From: Monocercomonoides exilis PA203
Lineage: Eukaryota; Protista; Preaxostyla
Reading direction: 5' to 3'
NCBI GenBank assembly: GCA_001643675.2
Contig: LSRY02000032.1
Location: forward strand, 1,126,041-1,190,040
Length of the DNA stretch: 64,000 nt
Shown here one piece after another: positions 47,151 through 61,026 of the stretch. The notes beneath the pieces are model-generated. The model was not told where the DNA came from. It saw only the letters and a list, made by a program, of their open reading frames with translations, and searched no databases. How positions within the stretch are numbered: position 1 is the stretch's first letter; the number at the start of each line of letters is the position of its first letter. Position numbers and translations under genes: made by a program.

Positions 47151-50100
47151 CTAACTACTTTTTTTCTTCGACTGAGCAGACACTTTTTCAGTCTTTTTCT
47201 TCGGTTTTGTTTCAGATGACGTGCGGACCTCGCTCTTTCTCAGCTCTTTCCCAACTTTCTCTTTCGACTGAGATTTTCTGTTTGTAGATTGAGCAGTCGA
47301 AGGTGCAGAAGTTGATGACAAACCTGTGTGAAGCTCGTTTTTCTCGTTTGATGTGTCAGCAGACGGAATGTCATCGGCAGTCCATCCGATCTGCTTCAGC
47401 CGATGTGCCTCAACAATCACCTTCAACCGCAGCGATATTTGCTCTCTGATCTTTTCCAGCAGAAGAAGTGTTGTGCGGCAGAACTCGTCGATCTCCTTCT
47501 TCACAACTGGATGCAGCACAATTTCTGCAAAGGTGATTTCGATGAAGCGTGGCACCGCAGTTATCAGCACAGACGAGTGCCTTCGATATCCTTGCCTCAA
47601 AAGAGCTGCGCGGCGGCAAAGAGAATTAAATAGCGGTGGAGACAATGCTGCTTCTTGTGCTGCGCGCTGTAGGATCGGTTGAAGAACAGCATCCCGTTCC
47701 TGCAGCTGTGTTTCTATCGCTTCTGTCTGTTCATCAAAAAGTGCCATTTTTTCCTTCAATTCCAGCGCATCTGCTTCTTCCTCACGTCGCAGCACGGTTT
47801 CATCCCAGAATTCGTTTCTTTCACCGCTGTGAATGCGGAAAGTGTCGCTGCTGCGCAATGCCCGCTTTTTCTCTCTGATTTCTTTCCGTTTGGAAAGCTC
47901 ATCTGTCAGTTTCTTCTTCTTCATCTGCACAAACAGAAGAGGATTTACAGGCTGCTTTGCAATGAACGTTGTGTATTCTTCTGCTGGAACAGAATCAACA
48001 ATTGAGCGCAGATGTGCAAGATGCGACACAATTTGCCGATAAAGTTCTCGGGCATTCTCCACCAGAACACATAATCTCGATTCTCCTTCCTCAATCGTGT
48101 TGTGTTGGGGCCGAAGCGGAATTCCTGTCGCTGCCTTCGCAAATTCGGCAAGCACCTCAGCATCAGCTTCGCAATCTTCGTCTTCCTCAAGATACAGCTC
48201 TCTCTTCTCCCTGTCTTCAATCCCAGAAGAAGTGATGCCAGCCTTCAAGCTTTTCAGAGGCGATGTCTCGTAGTGGCAGAAGAACGAAGCAAAGGAGTTG
48301 CCCCCGGGTGTCAGTGCATGCGCCAGCAACTGCTGAAGAGGCGACTGGTGCCACGGCAGAATTCCGAGTGCGACGCCGAACGAAGCTACATTTTGCCCAG
48401 AAGGAAGTGCTGGGTTGATCATCGGGTTAATTTCGATACCGTCACTGCTGCCGCCAATTGAATCGTGAGAAGACGATGCAGATGCTGACGAAGAGGAATA
48501 AGGAGAAGGAGAGCGCTGAGATGGGTGCGAATGCGAGTGGCTGTAATTCCCTTTGTTTAGTCCGCGCTGAGCTGCCAATGCCATTTCTTTAAGCGCGTCG
48601 CCTTCGGCAGAAAGAAGCGAGGTTAAATACGACAATCCAGCGTTTCGTCCCACTCTTTCTCCGACTTCAAACAAGTCTTCCCTCGAAACAAACGCCACCA
48701 CAATTGATGCGACGGAGTAACCATAACCTTGTTCAACACCTCCTGTTCCATCAGAATAGCTTCCCCTCAAATGACTTCCTCGTCCAGACATTCCCGATGC
48801 GCTGTTATCAACACTTCTTTCTCCAGTGTTTTCTCGTTCTCTTCTTTCGTTCATATCATCGTCTAGATCAGATTTTTCGCCTCCTCCGCTTCCAACCCCT
48901 GTCTTTCCGCCTGTTTGATTGTGCATCCTTCTTCCGCCACTTCCATTTCCACCAGAAATAGGCAGTGTACCATCTCCTCCTCCACTACTACCCAATCCCA
49001 TAAGGACCTGCTTTCGATGCCCTGCTTCTTCGCACTCAACTCTCAGCGCAAACAATTTGTGTGCTGTCCGCGCAGCTTCTCCTTCCACACACAAGCGTTG
49101 AGCTTCGCCAGCCGCAATGCTGCTTTTGAGGGCTTCAGCAGTCGTGAACACATGCCACAGGCGGTCGTTCAGCGATGAATACTCTTTCATCAGTGCCTCC
49201 TGTCGAGCCGATCGTGACGACTTGCCGTAGTTCATTGCCGAAGTTGGTGTGGAACGAGATGATCCTCCACGCTCTGGTGGCTCCAATTCGTCTCCATCGC
49301 GATATCCTCCCGACGCTCCAAACGGTGGCGATGAAGGTTTGACATGGTCAAACACAAAAGGAGAATTTGAGAAGAGCGCAGCGACCTGCTTTCGATGCAT
49401 CGGCGACGACATCCCAAACTCTCTGCTTCTTCTGATTTCACCGTTTTCACTCTGCTGCGTCATGTATGAACCGTCGGCAGGAAAGAGCTCTTCTTCCTCT
49501 TCCTCTTCTTCATCCTCGACAGACAGAGGCGAGATGCGCAGAGCTGGCGGAAGAGGCATTGCTCCACCGGTTGAGTCGGCTGACGGGCAGAGCACAGCCG
49601 AGCGGCTCTTGATATCAAAAGCTTGCCGCAATGCAAGAACAGGAGCAGGAACTGTTACTCCACCAGACGAAGTGACAGATGTGATGGTTGAGCCAACAGA
49701 CGAATACTCACTCTGGTGTATTCCATCACATTCCTCTGCTTCTGAATCCAGCCCGCGAGAAGACAGCATCCCCGCTGCAGACAAAGACTGTTTCACCGCA
49801 TCAACTACAGTTGCTGTAAATGACTGTGCTGGTGCAGGCGCATCCGAAGCAGAGAAATCATCTACAGATTGAGAAGTAGATGGCTTATCAACATCTGGCT
49901 CTTGTGCAGTAGCTGAATCTGGAGGTTGCGAATTTTGTGGTGAAGAAGAAGAAGAAGAAGAATATGTCTTTTGCATTGACGGATCTTGCTGCTGTGGCTG
50001 AAGTTTTGCAACAGAAAGTCTGTGAGACAAGGAAGGCATCTCAGAAGCTGCATGTTTTGAGAGAGGAGGCTGTGGAAGGAACGGTGATGTAGCTGATGGC

Positions 50101-51259
50101 GTGACAGAAGAAATGCGAGATGGAGAAGCCGGTGGTGAGAAGGAAGATGGAGCAAGACGCACAGGTGACAGAGGAAGAGTGAAGATTGAAGGGAGTGGTG
50201 ATGTCGGCCTGTTCTTTGCCTGAGGAGAGACTGATCGAGTGTATCGTTCCCCAGAAGGGGACACTGAAGAAGGTTGGAAAGGAGAATTTGACTGTTGTCG
50301 GAAGCTGTTGTAATCCTCCCGGTTTATTGCAGGAGCTGTCTGAGGCAGCTGAAAAGTCGAAGATGAGCCGTGGTATTGCGATGGAGGCTTCAACAGTAGT
50401 ACTGAAGAAGGGTCAAGAATAGAAAGCGGATTAATAAGTTGTAACTGTGGTAGTGCTGGGGAAGTGAAGTGAAAACCTTTTGCATGTTGTGTTGTTTTTT
50501 CGGATTCTTCATCTTTTTCAAGTCCAGTCTGGTTAGATGAATAAAAAGTGGTCTGAACGGAAGAAGGTCTTGCATATTTACTTTTTAAAGACTTTTCAGT
50601 GCTTGCAGGACGATAGCATGTCGCTTCTGATGAAGGAGGTCTGGGTGGCGTACAATTTAAAATTGGATGGAGAGAATCAAAAATGTTATAGCATATATTG
50701 TCAAAAACTTCTAAGTATGCTGCATGAACAATGTAAGCATCTTCAAAAAGCTATTCAAATTTAATAAAATACGATTACACAAGAAATAATTTTATTCGTT
50801 TTTCAAACATCCAATTTTGGTGATTGAGGATGATAAATGCGTTCAGATAAATAATCAAGGATATCGCTTTGTGTAACTATTGGTTCAATTTTTTCTGATG
50901 GCTCCGCAAAAATAAGTGTCTCTAAAAATTAAAAACAAAGACTTAATTTTTTAAATTTTTAAATAAATAAATGAAAAATACGATTTTCACCATTTAGAGC
51001 GCCTTCAATCAGCGGCTTGCACAAACTTTCAACAATTTTCTTTTTTGGAGTACTCCTTGCTGTTTAAAGATATTTAAAAATACACATTGAAATTTTCACA
51101 AAGAAAACAAAATATGAAAGTTTATATTTTGAAATAAATATTTAAAGAAAAAAATTTGAAGCTTCCTTTAAATTTTATTTCAACCAATAGCAAACGAAAA
51201 ACGACTGGAAATGCTCCTTGAGCATTTGATGATACAGCTGCACAGATAATGCGTGGCAT
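47151..51259 (-). CDS. Hypothetical low-complexity/coiled-coil protein (~1,281 aa); exons 51259-51196, 51059-50991, 50921-50809, 50750-47151
   Basis: The frame of track ORF 47151-50393 stays open up to a TAG acceptor at 50751. Three upstream introns (GTTTGC..CAG, GTGAAA..TAG, GTTTGA..TAG) have compatible phases back to ATG 51259. No recognisable domain. Confidence 0.75.
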
Positions 51260-53452
51260 ATAAAAAAGTTGAAAATGATAAGTAGAAATGGTACATGGAT
51301 CAAAACATTTTGATGAATGAGACTCTAAAGCTGAAATGTTAATTTATGAAAAGAATGATTTAGAAAAAAATAAAAAAAAAGTGCTTGAAAGTTTGAGTTA
51401 ATTGTTATTTGTTAAAAGTGTTAACATAATTTTCATAAAAAAATAATTGACATCTATGATAAGTAACAATTGAACTATTTGAATTTTATTCGTTATAAAT
51501 TTCATATGAAATCTTAATATCTTCTCGTATAACAAACAATTATTGTTTTTCTGAGAGATTTTTATCAAAATCGTAACTTTTCTCGAAGAGTTGTTTCTCA
51601 AAATGAATGATTTCTTAAGAAAGGGTTTTTTCATTCAAATGAATAATAAATTATCATTTCTTCAAAAGATATTGTTATTGATTAAACTCATGAACAAAGA
51701 GTCTTCGTTTTGAGTTTGAACTTTTATGCGTTCATTTTCTAAGATTCACAGTGAGTTTTCAAACCGAATTTTTGAATGAAAAAATATGAGTAATTCTTTC
51801 TGAAAAGTAACAAATGTTAACTTTTTAAATAAATAAAAAATTTGATATTTTGCTCAAATTTCTGTTTCTTCTCACGAATCTTCTTTGGAATGAGTGAACT
51901 AGCATTATTCAGAAATAGATTCCATATTAGAAAAGTTTGGAGTATGCAAACAAAATTTTGAACAAAATATGAAATTTTGATTTATTTGAAAATTAAACAT
52001 AAACGACTTTTCAAAAAGAATTTCCCATATGGTTTCAAAAATAATTACCAAACTTATCAAAAATAACAATACAAATAAAAAACGTTTTATTTGTAAGACT
52101 ATTTTCGATGTTCGTCATTAACAAGAATAGAAAAAAAAGGATTCAAAAAAGCTCATGGTTAGGTTATAAAAGTGCCTTTTTTTGTGAATATATTCGTTGA
52201 TAACAAAAATCATGCCATATTTTCGGAATCATATCTGAAATTGCAACGTCTTTTCGCATTTGTGAAAAAAAAAAAAGCCTTTTTTATTTATTGGAAGTTT
52301 ACTGACAGATTTCCACATTTCTGATAAACGACGCTGTTATGAATTAGTTTTGCACGAATCAATATATTCTATCCTATTTTAAAGATCACAAAAGTATCGG
52401 ACTGTTTAATTCTTTTTTGAAACACTTGTTGATTTGTTATTCAATGATCATTTGTGGTTTTTTAATACTGAATTTCTTAGAAAACAAAAATTTCTTTTTA
52501 AATAAAATACTGATATCTTCATTTATTGGAAACAAAAACTGAAACACTTTCTACACTTTTTTCGTTCGTGAGTTTGAATAACACGCGAATTAAATAGTTG
52601 ATTTTGGATTATTTTCGGGAAATATTTGACTTTGAATTTACTATTGTTTTCGTATTCATCACTTTTTTCATAGTATTTGTTATTTCCAACATTTATAAAA
52701 TATGAGCTGCTTTTGCTAACTGAAAAATATTTTCTACAAAAAAAATATCAATTATTAGTTTTTCTTCCAACGTTCAACCAAATGAAAAATTGGCAAAAAC
52801 ATCTCTTATTTTTTATTTTTTCTACAAAAAAACTTGGAATTTGTAAAAAAAAAACATTCAAATGGAAAGTTTCAGTAAGAAAATTCATTTGTTTTGAATG
52901 GAGTGTATTTTATCAAAAAAATTTCGAATAAATAATCACAAGAAAATCAATAATAAGACATAAGTGAAACATTATTTTATTGAGAACTATCTATTAGTTT
53001 TTTATTGTTTAGTTTTTTGATATATTTAATCGCACTTTGCAAAAAGATGAAACTTTATTATTTGAAACATATCTCTTTGTTATACAATTGTGATTAAAAA
53101 TGTCCACATCGTGTATGTGCTACAAATGTTAAATATTGAACGACAAAAAAATAATTTTAATTTAAAAAAAAATGGAAAGGAATTTTCAAAAAATTGAGAG
53201 CAATTGAATCTCTTTCTCCATTGATTCATACTTTTCCATAAAGAAAATGATGAAAGTCAACATTGAAAACCAGTTAAAAAAATACTAACCAAAATGTCAA
53301 TTTGACATTCAAATGCATTTATCACCGAGAAATAAAAAATCAACAATTACAATTCTAACAAAACTAAACTGTTAAAAATTATATTAAACAAGTGAAGAAT
53401 AGTCAAATCAAATCAAAAAAAAAATGAATGAATGAATGAATGAAAGGCTCCA

Positions 53453-55432
53453 TTAATATCCAATTGTAAACTTTGATGCAATTATAATTAAATCATTTGT
53501 AATTCGAGACCATTTGTAAGTGTATGTTGAAATGTCATCTGATTCTTGGTTCGAGAAAAGCTCAAGAATATCAATTCCACCTTCTTCTTCAAAAAGCTCC
53601 ACAAAATTTTCTGAGATGTTAAATGCATTCTTCAACTCATCGAAACTTATCTGTTTGTCAAAAACATTAAAAATTTTTGTATAATTGAAATATTTTCTGT
53701 TTACCAACTGTTTAGCCATATTTTCTTCGTTGTTGAGGAATGCACGCGCAACAAAGTGATAGTAATAAATATTGTAAATTATTTTTTGTAATATTTCAAT
53801 TCTCATCCTCGTTTCGTGCGTATGTGTAATGTAGTCCATGATTTTTGTTAATATATGTGGATATTTCGAGAATTCTTTGATTGTGCTAATATCTGAAACA
53901 AACTGATACAGAATTTTATTTAAACGAAACTGCCAGTTTTTTTTAGCACACTTTAAAATATTTGGTACTCTTTTACAACATAGATAAGTAGGAGAATAAT
54001 AAACAGAAAACCGTATCGCCACATCCATGCAAAATACAATAAACTCAAGAAATCCAGTTATCTTTGACAAGGAAAAAAAGTCCCATTCAACTTTTATAAG
54101 ATTTGAAAAGAATCCAATCAAAGATGAAAAAGGGTCATTCAGAATCACGCTTGAATCCGTTTCATAATCTTGACGAGGTTTCCTTTGATTTAGATTAAAT
54201 GGGTACGAAGAATTGGGATTTTTGAAAGAAAGCATTTTTGTAGGTGCTAATAGAGGTTGCAAATTCACAATTGAGAGAGGAACGAAACATAACTTTTGGA
54301 TACTCCTGTAAAGTGAGCAACTTGAATTTCTTGTAGAATGTGCTTGAGGCTTATGACAAACATTAACATTATGAGAGGTATATGATTGAGTTTTCAATGT
54401 ATTATCTGATTTTTGAAATGAATTATCTTTTTGAATTAATGTTAAAGGTTTTATAGTTGACAAATTTTGTATTGAAGCTTTCTGAATTCCTTTAAGTTGC
54501 TTTGGTACAACTGATCCTGATATTGCTGTTTCGTTTGTCGTTGTGCTTAATGCTGCAGTGGAAACAAAAGAAGGCGAGTTTATCAAATTTGAATTTAATA
54601 TTGATGCTAACCAAGCCAATTCATTTGAATGTGACGAAGAAGATTGCGAAATAGATTTGGTCTTTTCTTCTGGAGGACTTTTGAACCATTCTTCAATTAT
54701 AGAAATAACATTAAAATTCTGAACTTCACTTTTCATTTTTCTAATAACTCCAAATAACTTAAGATCGTTCTTGAACAACTTATTGACAACCTCAAAACAG
54801 AGCCATTGGCAAATTGGAGGAATAGAAGGTATTTTTGCTATTAAAGAAAATAATATTTTCTTGAAATCTCTAACATCACGCCAAATAAAGTCTGAAAAAA
54901 TAATAATATATATATATATCAAAATTAAGGCAAATGAAAAGATATTTTTCGATTACGTACCATCATCGATAAAATGAAGAAGAGAAAAGCATGTCAAAAA
55001 TAATTCTTCTTTACTTGAAGATCTATTAACTTGCATTTCTAATATGTTAATAATTGCAGCTTCTTCTTCAAATGATAAATCATAGCATTCCATTCCTAAA
55101 ATTCGAGCGATGATATTTTTAACGTGGATTGGAGTTCTTCTCGCAACAATAAGCTTCAAAAAAGAGTCCCTTATAAGAGATCGCTTCAAAATAGCTCGCA
55201 TCCGATCTTCTGCTTGCACCGAGTTTGCAGAAAAAGCTTTAAAAGTAATAAGCTCCAAAAGAACAAGAATTGAGCTTGTCAATTCGATTGAATGGTTCTC
55301 AAGATAAACAGAAAGCATCCCAAATGAATCAGTTGTTAACCCTCTTATTTCCTCAAATGAAATATCAGCAATGTTCATTACAATCTCTTGAATAAGCGTT
55401 AGTTGGAAAATTTCATTGTTCTTCTGAGTCAT
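53453..55432 (-). CDS. Hypothetical alpha-helical protein, possibly a distant relative of the 'EEEG' family; the 5' end may extend further
   Basis: Intron GTACGT(54960)..CAG(54892), phase 1, joins track ORFs 54953-55432 and 53453-54922. C-terminal ELFEEEGGIDILE resembles the family motif. Confidence 0.7.
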
Positions 55433-57706
55433 TTTAAAAACCGCTTCTTCAAAAGAAAAACCTTTTCCGGTAGTACTTCCTATATCTTCTTTTTCTTTCG
55501 TCCTTCAAATCAAAAACAACATTTTATTGCTTGGGCAAATAAAAATCAAACATTCATAATTTTTCTGTCTGTCACTTTACAAAACAATGAGTTTATGATC
55601 AAAAAATGATATAATTTTATTTAATTCAAATTTGATTTGACTTTTTTCTCAAATGTAATTTTAGACTTTTTTCAATTCAAAAATGTATAATAGGGGTTTT
55701 AATTTTTAACAAGAGCATAAACTGTCAGAAATGAGATCAACCAAGAAAAAAAAAATTATTTTTTTTTTCACCTTCGTTCAGTTCTTTCCTTTTCATATCA
55801 ACCTCCATCGCAACTTCTCACTTTTTTTTAACATTTCAAACAAATAACTTCGTTCTATCAACATGCTGTTCTGCTGTTTTTCGCAACAAAACATGCGTCA
55901 TCACCAGTCTCATAATCAAATTCGTCTTTCTTATTCAAAGTGGTCAGTGTCACCTTCAACATCCAACAATATGTCTAAACCAATTTTAGAAATAAATATT
56001 TAATTTCAATCTTTTTGTCGAATTGTAATCGTTTGATGGCTGATCATGTCTTTCATATGGCTCTCCTAAGTTGATTTTGTGAAGGTAATCTTTAAATATA
56101 TTCAGAATAAATGAATAAATTTGTTTCTCGAAGAAATAAAAATCACAATGAAACTAGGTGTATTATTATGTCACAGCCAGGCTGTTTTATGAGAAATGAC
56201 ATTGTTATCATTTTTGTTGAATTAAGAAATGGATGAAGAGTACACTTGTCGAAAATGAAACGAGACAGATGTACTCTTCAAGGTCAGATGAATGATATAA
56301 GCAAAGAAAAAGAATCAATGCAAGAATGGGCAATCGAGTATAACCATTTTGAATATCGAAATGATAATGAGTGAAAAAGCAAAAGGAGATAAAGATAAAA
56401 AAAGTGGTTTTCATGTCTGATTGCAATTTTTCAGTTGTAAAACTACTTTGAGATTTGAATTCAGATAAGTGAAGATATTCTTTCTGATAAAAAACAAACA
56501 TTCAAATCGTGTCGAAGAAAAAAGTTCAAAGGGATATTTGGATGAGCATCAAATAACACAAATAAAAACCCAAACAAAAACAAAAAATTCAAAAGATTCA
56601 TTTTTTGTTGTCCAATGAGAATTTGATGACTATCTAAACAGTAACCATCAAATATGAAAAGAATGGTCTCACCAGTCAAAAAGAAATATCGTCAAAGAGA
56701 ATATCAAAGGAAAAGGAGAAGAAACCATTTAAACTTTTAAAATGATGATCGAGGATGTATATCTTTGGGCAAGACGCTCGATACAACAACGGCTGTTATT
56801 TGGAATCGAAGAATGCTTTTTAAAAAAGAAGAAAAATTAAATTTGCATGGATTGCGAAATTCCTTCAAAAGTGAATACCTGCCATCCCTGCTGCAAACGC
56901 GGAAGATAGTTCAATCTCTTACGATGTTAATCTCCATTTTCATTGTTTCAAAGTGCTCCTTTCTCCATCATCCTTTTTTTCCAACATAAATATCCTGCTT
57001 TCTACGTTGTCATCCACATTTTTTTTTTCACAAAAAAATAATTCAGTATTTTAACTTTTCAAGTGGTGTCCATTTGTTGGAATTCTTCTTTTCCCACTCA
57101 TACTAACGCTTTGAAATCGAATTTGTTTTTCATCACCTCTCCAAACTGAATACAAAAAATATGCAATTCTTATTTGATGATTGCATCTCAGCATCCAGCT
57201 GTCATCTGATATTCTGCTCAGAAATGCTAAGGAATTACCATTTTTATAATTTATCATATTCTTAAGCTTTAAAAAGGCTATAAATAAAAATATCCTCATT
57301 TTAATAGAGAAAAAAGAAAAGTACATGCAGTAATATGTTTGCTTTCAACATATAAATTGCCGTCTTTCCATTAAAGATGCTTTTCAGAAAATCATCTTGC
57401 TCAATTCCAAAATTAATTTATCACCATCATTGCCTTCTATGCTCACAGAAAATAATTATTTTTATACTTTAATATATGTTCCATCACGATCTCACTTTTT
57501 TCCAATTGATATTATTGTTCAAAGAGAATAACTTGATCATTGAATCCATTACAAATAAAGAAGAATTTTAAAGTGTTGTTTTTCTTCATAAACCTTTGCC
57601 AGAATTTTAACAAAAAGAAAAGCAGTATGAATGCATATATTTATATGACTATTTTGAGGTTTTATTTTTCATCTATTTCTTCTAATTAAACAGATACGAA
57701 TTCAAT

Positions 57707-59187
57707 ATGAATGCCAAAAATGCACTGTACCCATTGCACAATGAGTTTTAAAAATAAAGGAGACGAACAGCACAAAAGAATACACTGGTTTTCAATTGTC
57801 GTTGAATTTGAATTCTTGATAATAACAGTTTTTTCTTTCTTTTTTGTTTTTTCTAAAGAAATATTCTTAAAGCTGAAGCGTTGCACTGAAATTATGCAGA
57901 AATAAAAAATCAAAGAAACAAACGAAGTGATAGAAAAAATGAATGAAGAAGAAATTTCATCTGTTTTTAAAACGGAATTATTCAATAAAATAGATAAAAT
58001 GATTGAAGTAAAGAAACTGTCAATGGAAAATGCACGTTTATTTCTGAAGTATTTTGGAAATTGCAAATTGCTGCGGATTTTTTTGGATTTTCGATTTTTG
58101 ATAATTCTTTATTGTGCAAAAGATTCGAAACTCTTATTTCTAAAAAAGTAGAAGAGATAATTGGAAAAAGAAAGAATCAAAAACTCTTAAATGATCTTTG
58201 CGAATGCTGCGTAATGTAGCGTATTTGTTTTAATTCAAAGGAAGAATTCACTCCATTTCGGTGCCATGTCTTTTGAAAGCTGCGTTGAAGAAAGAGGGAA
58301 ATGAGGAATCACAAAAAGAAGTGGAAATTGCTATGCTGGCTTTAAGTGAATTTTATATAAATAAGGCATGCTCAATTCTTTTTCCTTTTTAATGCTTTTG
58401 GTTTTTTTCCTGATTTTTTTAGAAAATTGATAAAAAACTGTATCTGGATGAAATCAAAGAGATTATTCAATGTCATCAGGTGCATCAGAATCTGACACGA
58501 TTTGCGTACCAGTCTGCAATGCAATTTTTGATGTTCGGGATTTTTTATGAAAGAAGCTTGGAAGAAGTTTTTATGAATGAGTTGCATTTTGGAAGAGAAG
58601 CAGCAAGAGAACTGGAAGGGTTGATGAAATGTATCGATTGGAAGAAGAAAGAAGAGGAAATGAGCAAAGAAGAAGCGAAAGAAGAGGTTATTTTGACAAG
58701 ATGGATTGAAACATTCTCGATTTATTTTCGCGATTGCCGATTGAGGAATGAAGAATACGTTTTCCTTTTAATCAGAATTGTTCAGATATATCGAGCAGCA
58801 AAAGGGAATAATGGAGTAATTAGCAATCTCTGCATTCACTCCTTGAGAACTGCATCAGATTATGGAGTTGTGAAAGTTGAAGACTTGTTGAAAAGCGGTG
58901 CTATTGATGCTGTTTTGGAGGAGTTGAACCGACCAACGTTGAATGAAGGCATGACAAATGAATGGTTACAATTCTTCACGAATGTTTCGGAAAGATTGAA
59001 CGAAAAGAATAAAGATGAAAAGGAAGAAGAGGAAAGAAAGGTAGCGAAAATGGAAATGTTTGAAAAGCTGGAAGAAGAAGGATTCGAAGATATCATTACA
59101 GGCTTTCATGAAACTTTCGAGTTTTTTCAAAGAAATTATGATTGTGGTTTGTCATTGAATGCTGAAGATTATTTTGTGAATGCTTAA
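57707..59187 (+). pseudogene. Disrupted copy of the expanded helical family (paralog of 35693-37150)
   Basis: In-frame stops TAA 57903-05 and TAG 58217-19 and apparent frameshifts near 58100 and 58260 interrupt family-like sequence. The last exon (58423-59187) is intact. Intron 58366-58422 sits at the position homologous to the paralog's intron. Confidence 0.75.
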
Positions 59188-60667
59188 TAAAACAAAACTT
59201 TATATTTTGTTTGACAAAAGTTCGGATTTTCTTTTTTCATCATTTCACAAGAAAGAAAACAATTGAATTGCGTTTAAAGAGTCTATTTTTTCTTAACTTC
59301 AAAATGGAACAAAGCAACAAAAGAAAGATAGAAAGAAAGAAAAGTAAGGAAGAAGAGAGAAGAAGAAAGTGATTCGAGGGAAATAGAAAGTTAAAATGAT
59401 GGAAAGGAAAAGAAAGGTTTTTTTTGAAACAAAGATTAGAAGTGCATGAAACAAACACACCGCACAAAAAGAGATGGATTGAATGAGAGAAGAGTGAACG
59501 ATATGGATGGAATTCTATTTCTTGTTAAAGGAAATGCGAGTAGGACTTATTGGAAATGGAAGGAATTTTTGTGAGAAAAGGCAGATGATGATTAATTTGG
59601 AAAAGAAAATGTTTGATTGAAGGGTATTTTGGAGGATGCAACAGAAGATGCAAATAAACAGGAGAAGAGAACGAAGAAGACAGAGAAAAAGAGGCAGCAA
59701 GTGAGACAGAGAATGGAAAGAAGGTGGGGAAAAGAGCAAAAGTGATGATATGAGAACAAGGAACGAAAAGGAGGGGGAGGAAGAGGAAAGGTGGAATGGA
59801 ATGAATAGAAAATGTCATTTCAGGAAGGAGACTGATGTTGGAGCAGCTGACACGATTTGGCAGAAAAGCGAAGAAGAGGAAAGATGGAAAGGGAAAAAGG
59901 AATGAAGCAGAAAAAGGATCAGCAATCAACAGGGATCTTTGTTTGCAACAAGGAGAGTGAAGTGAGGGGCAGAGGAAAGCTCTGTTGCAGCAGGAGCATC
60001 ACTCAGAATCCATCTTGTCTTCCCTTCCTTCCTCCACCTCATTTCAGCTGCTTTCTTGTTATTTTCTTTTTCTTTTTTCCTGAAGAAACTGCTTTTGCAG
60101 CATCAAACTTTGGGGATGAGCCCATCTTTGAAATAAAAAGAAAAAAGGATTTGTTTTGTTTTTCATGTTTTTATTCTTGTTCATCGGCACACTTTCCTGT
60201 GCTCCAAACAAAGTGAGCTGCAAAACAAAGCATCCAAGTCATTTCACTTTGATTGATGTGCCAGTCAAATTATTGAAAAATGAAAAAGAAAAAGAAAAAG
60301 AAAAAAAAGTTAAATATATCCAATCCAGTAGAGGAAGGACTTTGCAGCTTTCCTGCTGATTGGAAAGCGCTTTCGCCTGAACAAGGCAAAAGCGAATAGC
60401 GAAAATCAAAAAACAACGGAACAGATGAACAAAAATATAAATTAAAAAATTAATATAAACAACGACTAAACCAACTTGTAACTACTAAAATAAAATCATC
60501 ATTGGAAAAGTCGAGTTAAATTGTCCATCAAAATAGACAAATCAAAAATACAATAAAACGTCTAATAATCTTTAACCATCACAAACAACAAATATCAAAA
60601 GCCTTTCTCTCCTCTTCCCCTTCTTCTCCTCCACCCTCGAACTCATCCCAAGGCTTTTTTGTAAATA

Positions 60668-60925
60668 GTGAATGATGAATGGTGTATGGTGAATGGTGAG
60701 TGATGAATGATGAACAGTGAACAGTGAACAGTGAGTGATGAATGATAAGATACGTGAATAGTGTGCATATACAATTAAAACGCATATATACATACGTATA
60801 TGTATTTCATTTCACCATCAGCAATAATATTGTGAATGGCTAATTATGCAAAATGCAAAATGCAAATTGCAAAAATACAAAAACACAATAATACAAAAAA
60901 TGCAAAAATACAAAAATGAAAACAT
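60668..60925. repeat. Simple repeats (TGAA/TGAACAG and AAAAT(G/A)C units) downstream of the surface-protein gene
   Basis: Directly visible short degenerate tandem units. Confidence 0.7.
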
Positions 60926-61026
60926 CAATAAAAATTTAAGAATATTACTCCTCTCCTCCTTTTTCCCTTTCTTCTTTCTCTCCTCCCCTCCTCCCCTCTT
61001 TCTCCACTTCTCTGATGCAATCTCTC

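Noticed and set aside
47151-48100. Atg11/Atg17-like identity for the coiled-coil protein
   Set aside because: Only a vague helical resemblance; diagnostic motifs were not found.
51260-53450. Short ORFs in the AT-rich intergenic region
   Set aside because: Composition is dominated by K/F/I/N codons expected from AT-rich non-coding DNA, with no coherent exon structure.
57903-58219. In-frame TAA/TAG as possible Gln codons (non-canonical code known in some oxymonads)
   Set aside because: Multi-kilobase ORFs here contain no in-frame TAA/TAG, and clathrin and other genes end in TAA or TAG. The locus also has frameshifts, so pseudogenisation explains the stops.
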